Position numbers and translations under genes: made by a program. Of a stretch of 64,000 nucleotides of DNA, positions 33,501 to 45,400 are shown in pieces. Source of the DNA: Schizochytrium sp. TIO01 (Eukaryota; Protista; Bigyra: Labyrinthulomycetes); contig SMSO01000032.1 in the NCBI GenBank assembly GCA_004764695.1, forward strand, positions 6,046,483 to 6,110,482, given 5' to 3'. Below the pieces are notes generated by a model. It saw only the letters and a program-made list of their open reading frames with translations. It did not search any database and was not told where the DNA came from. Position 1 is the first letter of the stretch, and each line of letters starts with the position of its first letter.

Positions 33501-34826
33501 TTGATTTGACACCGTGCAAACTTTTCCTTGATCAAGGTCAAACCGATAGTCTCTGTTAAAGGAATTCTTGACAATCACTAGATCCTCCATTGATAATTTT
33601 TTATCTCCGTTTTGACCCTGAGCCTCATGAATTGGATTTTCATCAAGACTTATGAACACCCGGATTACAGGTCCTGGAACAAAGCAAACACTTTTACTAT
33701 GCCTTGAATACGTTTCGCAAAGCACCCGTGCGTGAACCCCTGGAGGCAGTAAATGATCTGGAAGCTGAACCTGAATTTTGCCTTCCTTATCAGCTCGCAA
33801 TATGTGACCAATCACGCGATTCCATCTAGAGCTTGGCATGTATCCCACCAAATTTGGCAAGTCTGAATTAACCGGTACATCTAATAAACTAAGATGAAAT
33901 TTGACCAGTGCCTCTGGGCGCGACACTTGCAAATTAAGAAAATGTTTAAAGACCCCACGGCTTTCGATAATTGGACCTTGCAATATCCAGCACGGAAAGT
34001 AATCGTCATGGCGAGGAGGGTCCTGGCTTGCATCTATAGCCTGTAAAGGATTCTTAGAGGCATTGTGGGGTGATGCTGTCAAGTGTTCCTCTGGAAGTTG
34101 ATCGAGGCTAGTATGGAAAACGTGCAGCAGTCTTTCAAACGTATAGATACACTCTGGAAGAAGAAAAGGGCGTTGCAGTAAACGGTGTGAGGCAATCCAA
34201 TCCTGAAAGACCTTAAAGTTTAATCGTGGATATCGTTGCTGAGGATCCATGGCATACAGCCGTTGAAAAAGGTCACCTACCCAGCGTAGAATAACTGCGT
34301 CACTTGAGGGAGCAATGAATTCACCCAGTCGAGTAGAAGCACGTGCTCCAACCGTGCACATAGCTACGACCTGGTCTTCAACAAGCTCCCCATAGCTGTG
34401 CTCATCAAACAAATCAAAGATAAAACGAAGTTTGTCAGAGATATCACCAGCACAGAGCATTGTCAACCCTGTCAAAGCTTCAAGAACAGCAACCTCCTCA
34501 TCTTCGTCTGCAAACGTATCTGCTATTATGTGAGCGACTTGGTCAGGCACTAATGGCGGTCGACCGGCCGCTCGCACAAGGAGTGCCCAAAAGTCTGACT
34601 TTGGCATCATGTGTAATTCCACGCATTGCATACCCGGGTTGTACCATGATTTGAACCTCTCGCGGAGAACCTCTACCTGTGAAAGTGGCCAATGAACAAT
34701 CCATCTCAAAGCGTCTAAAGAAGTCGCAGCTTTCTCCAAGAGTTTCTTGTCGAGTTCCCCATTGGCTACCTCCTCTGCATCCAGCCTACGATCAAACCTC
34801 GCAACCGCCGCTTTCACAGGCATCAT
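30540..34826 (-). CDS. Large protein with N-terminal EF-hand (NCS/calcineurin-B-like) region, FN3/PhoD-like modules and C-terminal coiled coil
   Basis: 1428-aa ORF. EF-hand pair (LEALTGLTMLCAGDISDKLRFIFDLFDEHSYGEL); PhoD-N-like segment (LLFGPAVTHISSSSANIVL...FIFDNLMPQQTYAVHV); heptad region (LAKVQKELTEAEASLNELIKRMK). Confidence 0.8.
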   Translation of the reverse strand: MMPVKAAVARFDRRLDAEEVANGELDKKLLEKAATSLDALRWIVHWPLSQVEVLRERFKSWYNPGMQCVELHMMPKSDFWALLVRAAGRPPLVPDQVAHIIADTFADEDEEVAVLEALTGLTMLCAGDISDKLRFIFDLFDEHSYGELVEDQVVAMCTVGARASTRLGEFIAPSSDAVILRWVGDLFQRLYAMDPQQRYPRLNFKVFQDWIASHRLLQRPFLLPECIYTFERLLHVFHTSLDQLPEEHLTASPHNASKNPLQAIDASQDPPRHDDYFPCWILQGPIIESRGVFKHFLNLQVSRPEALVKFHLSLLDVPVNSDLPNLVGYMPSSRWNRVIGHILRADKEGKIQVQLPDHLLPPGVHARVLCETYSRHSKSVCFVPGPVIRVFISLDENPIHEAQGQNGDKKLSMEDLVIVKNSFNRDYRFDLDQGKVCTVSNQEELLQEFWLSSGDLVLLVRPSQGAIHLLSADLREKLMHATGSSKLFFVMDREAPLLGHCIQEPLRNERIINEEILFALAEWQVAPLTGAQRHYQREVFIIVLGGRPCDAGWGKIIQAHEHGHAVFEQVVLCQDYEWSKLGQTPVLETTSLKEAFFFEAQNHLSQSVQSLRYFRTDELHQVKYPTLLFGPAVTHISSSSANIVLSIDRPCSISVSLTMLSNYESVLFAVQTHTLETNLLHSFIFDNLMPQQTYAVHVRVGDGYILGEAEVCTPGSLKSMHSCIVNGAASEPGSLDSVFLCSAFASSLKARDNTKSATSKTSEHTDVHPEFLKTLNIVHLGGWTQLEELCQLSTEEEAHAAMRNWVYARPHLQNMLRSCNNWVVEPPYHHLQPECARVVKSYLAPFAVGRGVYINDTTFMVGAANGSETGHALDELLYWLPGDIERIVVAIASPLSDCKDQGAGKHLEDAAEAIIRFMQALARRVSHCIEITLVHPAPVHSAVSWQALIQDQCSSRSFYEVCIPPACADATTLVVRDNFFSKPCCAFGFENRFQRHFEPFTSSLDEVSQVQTTDGRNEGFTHPEETQMANIVEFTAARSEESNIETENQQAITPKEQQGENITDETIPNETLEQRIAQTDSQAIGTGDNEKQQLIVLKKDPTSSTKSEVLFERKAYANQPRATRGSVGILFLEEMRIKTMIPYSEDQTLQDLSLRLQKAYDLCHESKIQHVVLQGELAKVQKELTEAEASLNELIKRMKNKRLDLFDERLAELRRLEKRKKDFQETSTSCMDAIQSLQEYYAELPQVKRQVPVKQAASHTEQHSLNCGTTQLILKIAGLCEEAHTALCEGANVITVNGEIRLKKDGSYAFSEDLTIKAFKRISKLFEQKISQLVKDDQVSFDRFRRLLERLHKLRGPALTKVGMHVNNLRSQSAELQQAIISLKNIESKSSQEATNTMQAVLDHISKPIALPNMDINSLNETNDKIPQ

Positions 34827-35446
34827 GCTTCAACCAACAAGTTACACAATAGTAATCCTCGTCGGCGTCCATCCAGGTTCATAAACCCGTTTCCTCGTTT
34901 ATTCCTGTCCACAATCAACCCAACACGTTCTCAAAGCGGCTAAAGTCAACGCATTGCAATCATTCAATTTATTGTTCTTCAGCTACCTACTACAGAGATG
35001 CGTTAAGTCCCAAGGGAGCCATACCGGCTTATTTGAGCAACCCTTTTTAATTAGCCCTCTTTTCAGCGACTCCTAGAGGTGTATAGAAAGCTCCTAAATG
35101 AGTTTAAGTGCCCGTCCGTGTAAGAAGCAGAGCATCCGCGCGTGTCATCTTTGTGTGCATGCAGCACGCCCCAGAAGAAAGAAATCATAAAAGGGCAGTG
35201 CAAAGGCAACGACAGCATCGTTGCGCACCGAGCAGAGCCAAGAGACACCGCCTCGGATGCAGTACCCCTGCGCTGACTGGTCTTGTGCTCCGCTAACCTT
35301 GTCAGAGAATATCCCTTTAGCCATTTTGGTGGGCGTTGTTTGACTGATCGGATCTCCTTTTCCGTCGGCACGCGCGTTTGCCTTGTGCCGATCCTGCGGA
35401 ATCCTTGCTCGACTCGGGTGCCTCCATTGAGTTTGGAGCTGAGACC

Positions 35447-37078
35447 ATGCCCAGGATGGTATCGAGCGAGCCAGCGGAGGCGCCGGGCACTACTAAGGCT
35501 GAAGACGCAGTAAACGCGGAGCCTAACGTGGCCAGAGATGACACTGAGGCCTGCTCGGAATGGACCGAAGTGGTCCACCCTGAATACCAGAGAACATTTT
35601 GGTATCATCGGACGTCACGCAAAAGCACGTGGACGCCACCTCCCGGTGGAGTATGGAGCTGCAAAGATGGGCTGTCACAGGGCGAAGACCAAGCAATGGT
35701 TGACCCTGAGAAAGATGCTCGGAGCGGGAAAACACCTGATTCCGCGCCGAAATCTTCGGGATTGACATCGCGTGGACTTAGAAAAAGGTATGCATCTTCG
35801 AGAGGTAAATTGACGTCATCAGCATCGTCAAGGTCTGTAGCATCGTCACAATCTACCTCAGCGTCGTTGTCTTCATCGTCATCAAAGAGCGTCGGGTCGG
35901 AGAAACAAAATGGTGTTCTTGGCGATCGTGAAAAGGATAATAATCCTCTGTGGGAAGAGCACTTCAATAAGCATTTCAATCGGCCTTATTGGTACAACCG
36001 TCGAGAACGGCGTAGTACCTGGACACCTCCGGAAACACAGGCGCTCCTAAGGGAATTGCAGCAAACCTCTGTGGAAGGTAATTCCGGTGAAGACACCACA
36101 ACAGAGCAAGCCTCTACAGAACAGGAGTCTGAAGCTCCTGTTGCTCTTTCGATAGAGGCTAAGCAAAATGAACCTCCTATTGTGCATACATATTCTGAAC
36201 ATGAGCATGGTTCGATGCGTAAGTCATCGAAAAAAGCCCTTGCCAGCGGATCTGACTTCACGGTGGGTTCTCATATTCGCTTGGAAGGCATCACAGGACC
36301 TCTTGAGGTGCTGGACGGCATGAATGGTGTTGTTGCTGGTTTCATCTCATCAAAACATAGCGCCGGGCCTTTTGTACTTAATGTTGCCGGAAAACTTTTG
36401 GTAGCTCCAATGCATGTCCTGAAGGAGTCACTTCCTTCGGCGCCTGCCCTGACCATAAATTCTACTGAAATGCAGAAAACAAGCTCTAAGGGTGGGCCCA
36501 GAACTGTTTCATCACAACAGAGGCTGCACGAGTCGAAAATGAATGAAGCCAAGGGTGTCGACTCTAGGATCACAGAACCTCAGGAATCACCCACATCAGT
36601 TGCAGATACGCCATTTGCACAACCTACCCAGCAGGTTTCCGAACAAGTATCAAAGGGGGCTGACAACGCACAAGTAACACGCCGGCCTAATCCTTTTGTC
36701 AATGCGAACCAGCTTCAGGCAGAGCTGAAAGAGCGTGCACTAAAACGCGTTTCTTCTTCTTCCTCTTCTTCCACCCCCGATGCACCCGTTGTAGTGGAGA
36801 GTAAGAGCAGTCAATCATCGATTCCTCCAATGATCTCTGCGGACATGCTTGCATCTGTTAAGCTGAAAAGAAGTACTTTGCGAAAGTCTGCGTCTATGCC
36901 CGCCTCACGACCCTCATCTAGCGGCGGCGGAGGCTTACTTGAAGCCCTCAAGAACAATGTTATGTTTCGAACATCGCAGTCACGCTTTGATATTAACAAC
37001 CCTGCAGATAAGCATGGCGGCTCAAGTGATGATGATGAAGATAATCGCAGTGTGATGTCAGTGCAGCACTTTGACTAA
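35447..37078 (+). CDS. Protein with two WW domains, an SH3-like segment and a WH2-like/acidic C-terminus
   Basis: WW1 (WTEVVHPEYQRTFWYHRTSRKSTWTPP, about 35555-35641) and WW2 (WEEHFNKHFNRPYWYNRRERRSTWTPP, about 35945-36031). WH2-like LQAELKERALKRV and MLASVKLKRS. First ATG is at 35447. Confidence 0.85.
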   Translation: MPRMVSSEPAEAPGTTKAEDAVNAEPNVARDDTEACSEWTEVVHPEYQRTFWYHRTSRKSTWTPPPGGVWSCKDGLSQGEDQAMVDPEKDARSGKTPDSAPKSSGLTSRGLRKRYASSRGKLTSSASSRSVASSQSTSASLSSSSSKSVGSEKQNGVLGDREKDNNPLWEEHFNKHFNRPYWYNRRERRSTWTPPETQALLRELQQTSVEGNSGEDTTTEQASTEQESEAPVALSIEAKQNEPPIVHTYSEHEHGSMRKSSKKALASGSDFTVGSHIRLEGITGPLEVLDGMNGVVAGFISSKHSAGPFVLNVAGKLLVAPMHVLKESLPSAPALTINSTEMQKTSSKGGPRTVSSQQRLHESKMNEAKGVDSRITEPQESPTSVADTPFAQPTQQVSEQVSKGADNAQVTRRPNPFVNANQLQAELKERALKRVSSSSSSSTPDAPVVVESKSSQSSIPPMISADMLASVKLKRSTLRKSASMPASRPSSSGGGGLLEALKNNVMFRTSQSRFDINNPADKHGGSSDDDEDNRSVMSVQHFD

Positions 37079-40000
37079 ATATTCTCGCGGCCTGAGCACA
37101 CCTGCCTTGCTTCTACCTTTTGTGTTTCTTGTCTTTTATTCCCTCATTAAAAATACTTAATTGAACGTGTATTGCTTTCTTTAAGAAATCATTCTATTTC
37201 GGAAGGTTCAAGGTTCGCTACTTTTGCGGATTTTGTGAATCAATACCTCTAAAGAGGGCTTTAAAGCTCTAAGTTGACTTCACATAGGGAATCTATGCCT
37301 TTGACAAATCACGTGTCTTAAGAAATGCACACTCCTCGTCCTCAGGAATTTAGTGGGCGACAAGAAGGATCAGGTGCAAGTAGACACCATCTACGTGAGT
37401 GCTCAATCGCCAGATTTTATATTGCAAGGTGTAACACATGGGAGTAGAAGTCAAACACTCGTTTAGATTTCATTTCTTTATTTTTTCCCTTTCCCGAATC
37501 TTCACTACTCATAAAGTAGTCTCTTGGGACTATAGCACTACCAATAAAGATTTACCAATCGCCTCCATGTGATTACCAGAATCTCAGTATCATGGTATAT
37601 ATCCCTCAATATTTCCGAACATTAATTAGTGCTGCATTGCATGTTTTATGATTAATCTTCATTTTAAAAGGATCCTATCGATATATTGCGAGCCTCGTGA
37701 GGCCTATCTGATTTGCTTTGGGCAATGGAATTGGTCTTTTGCTCACTACCGACTATGATGCCTAGATAGTACTTACTATCATCTCACTTGAGCTATGTAG
37801 GATCTCCAAGTCGCCCCTTTTGCTATAAACTCAAGAGATGGGTGCCCTGATTTACAAGGCGTCATTCGGATCAGCTCGGCACCTGTTCCTACACGAATTA
37901 CCTTCCTTAGTCTGCACTAAGTAGCTTTTAAGCACATCAAGCTAATCCCATTCTACTTATTCGCCAAACCATTCCAAAATTGAAGTCTTTCACCAACATA
38001 GCGAGACCCTCGTCGCATCCATCGTGAAGATTCGCCCAAGGACACCCATCATGAGCCACTGCTACGCTTGACCTGCCAGCCTTTGACAGGCGAGTGATTC
38101 AGGTGAGCGAGCGAGGGATTCGAGCACCAAAGTGAAGGAAGCGAATCAGCTTAGAGAACCAGGAGATATTATGAGGTGTGTGCGAGCGAGGGCGTCGAGA
38201 GTCCGTCGTGTTGTTGGCTGAAAATTGAACATGGCATTCGGCAGTAAAGCTTACTAGAATGTTGCTCATCAAGGTTTGTTCTGTTGGTGGGTAGTTACCT
38301 ACTTACCTCTAGAGGTAGGTACCTCAAATTGATTCTCATTGGAAATTACAACAACACAGGAAAAGGCAGGAAATAATAACCTCAAGACACCTAGCTTCCT
38401 GCACTTCCCGGCCAACCAACTAACTAACCTGGAGTTGTAACCCAACTCAAAAACACTCCTCTCGACTGGCTATGATTAATTGCCTACTCGTAGCCTTGGG
38501 ACATGGCAGCAATTAATTCAAGCAGTGGCCACAAACATCTGTTGACTGCGCGCAGCCGCCCATCGCCGCACGTGCAAATCGTGAAATTAAAAAAAGAAAC
38601 TAGGCTAATATTACTGGCGCTATGTAGGACCAATTTTTATAAAAACATGTAGGCCTAGCACAGTTTGTTTTTTAGTGGTAGTATTTAAAATTTTAATTAA
38701 AAGGAGTGTTAGAGCCTAAGAGTAGTCCAAAAATTGCGTAGGAGGACTGCATGCCCCCAAAGTGGTACCAGCTTCGGTTAGGATTCCAGCACATCATGCT
38801 CGCCCGCTCGAAGCGCATCTTAGTCAATCCTCTGTCATCACCTCCTTCTTTGGTTTCTTTATCACATTTATTATTGTACAGATTTTGTAGAAAAAACCTC
38901 TCATCGAGTGGGCACCTCCAAAAAAGAGAGAAAAAACTATAGTAAAGATTCCACGGCCTTCAAGTTCCCTAGAACAGATCCTGTGGTTGCAGAACCTTCG
39001 GGTTTATAAAATACTACATATGCTTTCCTGATTGGGTGGGTTTGTTTCTTCTGTACGTCTATCGCGAGTTATGTAGATACTTGTCCCATGCTGCGAGCAG
39101 CACGATTTTTTAAAATTAAGTTTTTTGTTTATTATTTCTTTTTGAGGAGATACACCGGGTCTTGTTCTCTGCCTCTTCAAGGAAGGCATGCGACAATAGT
39201 ACACACCTTCCTGAAGGTGATGCAAATTCAAGTTTAAGTTAAACTTGATGAAAGCTTGTCATGGGTCGCAAATCATGCTCTCTGGAAGGACATCATTACA
39301 ATCCAAATTATAGCAGCTGGCGTCTTCTACGACGATCTATATGCAAGTCCACAGTTCGCATTTGGCAGCTCAAGGCCGAACGCTCGAAGTTCTGTTTCGG
39401 CTTGTAAACTTCTTTCAGATAGCAGCCTTGGGCCTGCAAAACTGGGCTCTAACTTCTAGATTCATACCTGAGACTGCCATCTTGATCCCAATCAAAGCCA
39501 AAAATATAAAAGGCCGTCTTGGAAGAGGCAAACAGGTGTTCGTATATTGCTTGAGCCTTCTGCGCTGGCGTCGTGGAGGAAGGATACGTCAAATATCGAA
39601 GCTGCGGGCAGGAAATTCGGGTGCACAAAGAATCCACTTATAGTGATGCAGTAAGCCACTGGAGGCCACTTCGGTGGCCAGTATGGTTTGCTGACTTTTT
39701 GTTTGTGATACCCAGGCCGTCTGAGAAGAGATTTGTTTCTATAGGTTCTAAAAAGACCAGAAGGGTGCTACGCTCCTGCGAATTTTACATTTACAGAAAC
39801 TTGAAGGGTGACAGACAGCCATTTAGGGCAGACATGATTCTGCTTCATTCCTTGTTGTTTGATAGAAAAGAAACAAATCTGTCGATACCTATTTCTAAAT
39901 CTGCACACATAGAGCATATAGTTCAAGAATGGTCTTTACTATCCTTAGAGAAATGAATCATTGTCCCTGCTAGCGTTTGCAAGTTCTTAGAGTGTAGGCA

Positions 40001-40698
40001 ACTACTCGCACGAAAAGTACTAGAAACATGAATTCAGGTACAGAACCTTTGCAAGGTGGATACCGGAGCTTTTGTTGCTCATATTGGCAAGCATGACATG
40101 CAGTACGAGCGCTTAATCCCGTTGTTCGTTTCTTCCCGCTGGCCATAACATTATGCTTGTAGCAGCAGCAATACTTGACGTTTATTTTTATTAGTACTTG
40201 CGATGCTGCTGCTACTGCTGCTGCATTCTTGCCTTCTTCACGGTCTACATGAATTGGGCGCGTGCGCATTTATTGAGCGGCATCATTTGATAACGTGGGG
40301 ATCGCCACAGCGATCTTTAATAATCACTTTTTCTCTGACTATACACATACTCTCTGTCTCCTCAGAAGAAAACTTAGTAGTACCAACACTTCTTTAGTTG
40401 AAGTCTAGTACATAATTTGCAGAACCATGCCAAGAACACCAAAAGGTCTTCAAATAAGTTTTGGTTCGTTCACACTCTGGGTTGGACTGGTATTGCTGCC
40501 AGGTTGATAGTACCTAGCTACAGAGTGAAATGATTTTTAGATAAGTAGGGTAGAACATATACCTCCCTACAACTCCGCAAACTATTATGATGCTGGTTTC
40601 CGTCGTCCAAGCCTTCTAGTTCCTACACTTCGCACACCCAATGGCATTGCCTACTCAAGCTATGTCTATATATTTTTAATTTAAAAATGTTAAAAAAT

Positions 40699-40717
40699 AA
40701 TATATATATATATATAT
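40699..40717. repeat. (TA)n microsatellite
   Basis: Short perfect TA run in AT-rich DNA. Confidence 0.85.
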
Positions 40718-42457
40718 CATGGACTGATTCAGGCTAGATTACGTACCACTCTCTCCATGCATGAAAGTTCATAGCCGTATTTTGGGTCATGGTAATTTGG
40801 AATTGCCTCGGCTTGCTTTATTGTTTGAGCTCTGATGCAAAGATCCCTGGACAATTTCAATCTTGTTATGGTTGATTCATTGTCAAAAGTAGTACTACTT
40901 TAAATTGTGAAAAGGAAAAGAAAAGTAAAAGGCGGACGATCGTAATCTTTCTCCTCACAGGTGGCACTTTAAGTTCTTTTTCTAAAAATGGTGCATCTTT
41001 GCGATAACTTTATCATGTAGTCTCGTTCGCACCCTCTCTGGTTTCTAGCTTTCAAATCGGTTTGGAGCTCGACGTACCGGCGAGAGAGCTCCGAGCAAAC
41101 CATGATCCCCTGCTGATCGAGCACTAAGATTCGAGTAAGCTAGAATGACTTTTAGACTATGAGAAAATGGTGAGTGCACATTCTGCAAAAAGGTGAATCA
41201 AAGCAGTCACTGCGCACTTTAAAAAAAAGAAAAGAAAAGAAAAAAGAGAATCTATGTGCTTTTTTCTTTTTGCATTTTCTTTCTTTTTTACAACTTGCCA
41301 GGAGAGCACAAATAACTTTTAGCAATCTCTTGCTCACTCGCTCACCCAGTCGCTATTGTCGATGTTTTTGCCGATATGGAAAGTCGCATAAGAGCGGCGA
41401 GGCACGCTGCCTTGCACTACTCGGGGAATTATGTTGGAGCGTGAGCGACTTGTTGGCGACCGTGGGTGTCTGAGGTTATGATTCACGGTTGAAAAGAAGA
41501 AGAACAGACACCATGCATTTTTAGAAGTGTAGTAGGATTTGGTTAGTCTTGTATAGCATGGATACCTACTTCATCGATTTGTTTACAAAACAGACCCAAC
41601 TTGATCATCATATGATGATGCCAACAAACTTGAAACAATGAGGAGATTGCTACGCGCCATCTAACAGTGGTAGGCTAACATTATTGTCTATGCGAATCGC
41701 AAACATGTGCAAGCGCACCAGAGACAAACAAAGCGGCTGGAAACAAAGAATGAGTTTGATGACTTGAAGTTATACCTAGCACTGGTAATGCTTGGCCGCA
41801 CTTTTGTTATCTGTGAACGCGAGCACGCGCAGAATTACCAGACCCGGGGCACAGAGTCCCTGCAAGCTTCATTTTCTATGAAGACTCTCTCTTTTTTCTT
41901 TTCTTTTTCTCTGAAAAAAAGAAAGAAATATAATATAATTAATAGAAGAACTTGAAAAGGAAAAAGAAAAGTAAAAAGAAAAAAGCAAACAAACAAACAA
42001 AAAGGAAATCAAATCGGAATCACCTCTGCCGCAGCACTACTCTCCCTCGCAGCCACCGCGCGGGAGGCACAGGCTCCAACTGGAGCGGGACGTCAGATCC
42101 ATCTCCATTGCTGCCTAGAGGCCTCAACTGGTGAACTTCAAACAGGGCACTGCTGGCCGAAGTACCTCGTTTAGGCGCTCTAACTCGATCATTGATTGCA
42201 CTACACGTGCACGTGCTGGCCGTGAAGAGCCCTCGTGTATTAGGCAGACTGATAGAGTCCTAAGCCCCCTTATAACAGCATCAAAAGTAAACCCAACAGC
42301 GGAGAAGGAATACCCGGCTCAGAAGCTCACACAAAGGCTCGAGCAAGAGACCCCAGACCTAATTCTGCAATACACAGCGCAACTTTCTTTAGTTCTATTC
42401 GCAAAAGAAAATCTGCTTTCTCCGTGGACGTTTTGACGTATTTGACAATTTTACAGA

Positions 42458-45400
42458 ATGGACGCAGGCGCAGTGGGCGTTGGCTCAAGCGTATGGGTCG
42501 CTTACAAAGGCGAAGGTGGCGCCACCGAGTATGAAGAAGGCATTGTGACTTCTCGCGATGGCCGCTGGGTGACAGTCAAGAGCGGCCAAGGCAAGGACCG
42601 CTATGACATCGAGGAAGAGGAGAACCCCAAGGTCTTTCGCAGCAACGAACAAGTTGTCCAGGACATGACTGCGCTTAGGTTCTTTCATGTCCCCGGTATT
42701 CTTCACAACCTGCGCGAAAGGGCCGTCGTCATGGACGAGCCTTACACCTTCCTTGGAGGCAGCGTACTCGTTGCGGTCAACCCTCTCCGCGACATTCCAG
42801 CACCTGAGGGCATACTTGGCACACGCGATGCTATCTCACACGCACACCCGTATGCCATCGCGGAATCCGCCTATCAGTCTCTTACTTTTGCTGTGAGTAG
42901 GCCTTCCTTTGGTGAAAAGGTAAATCAGTCCATCATCGTTGGAGGAGAGTCCGGTGCCGGTAAGACCGAGTCCAGCAAAATGGTTCTTCACCACCTCGTT
43001 GAGCGAAGCTCCATGACAGGGGCGAATGACTACAGCGATCTCGATAAGCGCCTTCTTGATATTAGTCCCATTCTCGAGTCATTCGGTAACGCTGCTACTA
43101 AGCGTAACTCGAACTCCTCTCGTTTTGGCAAGTTCATTAAGATCCACTTCGCCCCTCTTAAGGGCTCCCCCGGAGCCATGACCATTTGTGCCGCCTCTGT
43201 ACAGACCTTCTTACTCGAGCGAAGCCGCGTTGTTGAGCACATGCTGAACGAACGAAACTTCCACGTATTTTATCAGCTGCTTGAGGGCGCTTCTGATGAA
43301 ATGCGCGATGAAATGATGCTTGACAGGAGTTTCTCCTACCTCAAGGCCACTAAAACGCCGGGCTCAGGCCGCAGGCGTGCCAAAAGCATGGCCAAACTTG
43401 AGAACCTTGGCGAGGAGGACGAGAGAAAGTTCAATCAGCTTAGTGATGCTCTTGACACCCTTGGTGTACCCAAGGAGGAGGTCTACCGTATACTTGCAGG
43501 TCTTTTGCACTTGGGTAACATCAAATTTGACGAGAAGGAGGGCGTAACCACCGATGAGGCAGAGGTTCGTAACCCTGAGACTCTTGATCTTGCCTCTTCC
43601 CTCCTTAGCATTGCTCCAGAGGACCTCGAGCGCCTCTTCCTTGAGCGTAAGGTTCGCGCTGCTGGGGAGCTTATTATCGCAAAACGTGACGCTGAGTCAG
43701 CTAAGATTGCTGTTGATGCTGTTGCCAAGACTATTTATGTCGATTTGTTTGAGTTCCTGGTACGTCGCATCACGGACGCGCTCTCTGCAAACAACTCTCA
43801 TCAAACCAGACCTTTTATTGGTGTTCTCGATATCTTTGGTTTTGAATCCTTCCGCCGTAATGATCTTGAGCAACTGCTCATTAACTACACGAATGAAGCT
43901 CTTCAAGGGACCTTCAACGCGCAAATCTTTGAGGCCGAGGCTGCTCTCTACCGCAACGAAGGTCTACGTGTCGACGACCAGATCGATGCTTCATCTGTCA
44001 CGCTTAACCAAGCCACCATGGAGTTCCTGGGAGGAGTCAAGGGTGATCGTGACCAGCCGGGCATTCTCCGTCTTATCGATATTGAGACTCAGTCACCACA
44101 ACCTTCCGACAGCAAGCTCTGTAACGCTATTCACAGGACTTACGAGAAAAGTGCTGCCTCCGAGGCAGGTGCATACGTCCCAGTTCATCCAAAGGATATC
44201 AAGTATTGCTTTACTGTGCACCATTATGCTGATAACGTTACATACACTACTGGCCACTTTATTGAGAAGAACGTTGACCGTGTTCCGGACGAAGTTAGCC
44301 AGGTTCTGGCCTCCTCTACCTCTGCCATTCTTGACGAGATCTTTGGCGAACTGTCAAGTCAAACGACTGCACAAAAGGCGGCAAAGGCTGGTCGTGCTCT
44401 TGCTAAGGTCACGACCACAATTACTGGCCGCTTCCACTCGTCAATCGATGACTTAATTTCAACTCTAGATGCCACACGAGCGTCCTTCATTCGTTGCATC
44501 AAACCGAACTCTCGTATGGAGCGTAAGGGCTCCAGCGCTGATTGGTTTAACACCCAATATGTTATTCCTCAGCTTCGCAGCTTGAGCATTCCCCAGACAG
44601 CACAGATCCTCAAAGGGGGCTTCCCAACTCGTATTCCATTCCGTGAATTCGTATTTGCTTACAAGGGAATGATGCCCGAGGAGGCGCTTACCGCGTTTCA
44701 CGTTCTTGCCCATGATGATGAGCGGCTCTTTGTCAAGGCTCTCTTCGAGGCCTTTCGTATCCCTCCTGAAACTTACAAGATTGGTTACACTCGCGTCTTC
44801 TTCAAGAGCGGCATGCTTGATGAACTTAACCGCGTTCTCCAAGTTGCTGCTACGGGCGAACTTCCTGAGGACGTGGCATCGCGTTTCCGCAACTGCATTG
44901 TTCTCTCACGCTGGCGCTCAATATTTGCTGGTATGATGGCTTACAACGTCCTCAACAGCATCCTTGAAGCTAATCGTAAGCGTGAGTCTGCTGTAACGAT
45001 TCTACAACGTCTTGCTAAGCGTCGCGCACGCGAGGCTCGTCGTCGTCGCGAGGAAGCCCTTCGTCGCGAGGAGGAGGCTCGCCAACGCCAGGAAGCTGCT
45101 CGCCGCGAGGCCGAGCGTCTTGCAAGGCTTGAGGAGACAAGACGTATTGCTCGCGAAGCTGCCGAGCGCGCAAACCGCATTGCAGAGGCTGAGCGCCTTC
45201 GTCAGGCTGAGATTCTGGCTGAAGAGCAACGCCGCCAAGAGGAGGAACGCGCTGCTGAAGAGGCTCGTAGACTTTCTGAACTTCGTACTGCAACTCTCTT
45301 TGCGGAGCAAGCTGTAGATGATGCAGAAGCTGAGGAGGAAGAAGAAACGAACAAGGTTGTCACAGAACTTGGTGGTGAGGATGCTCTTGCTGATAAACTC

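Noticed and set aside
43554-44456. 300-aa alternate-frame ORF inside the myosin
   Set aside because: Leu/Ser/Arg-rich frame-shift shadow of the motor domain
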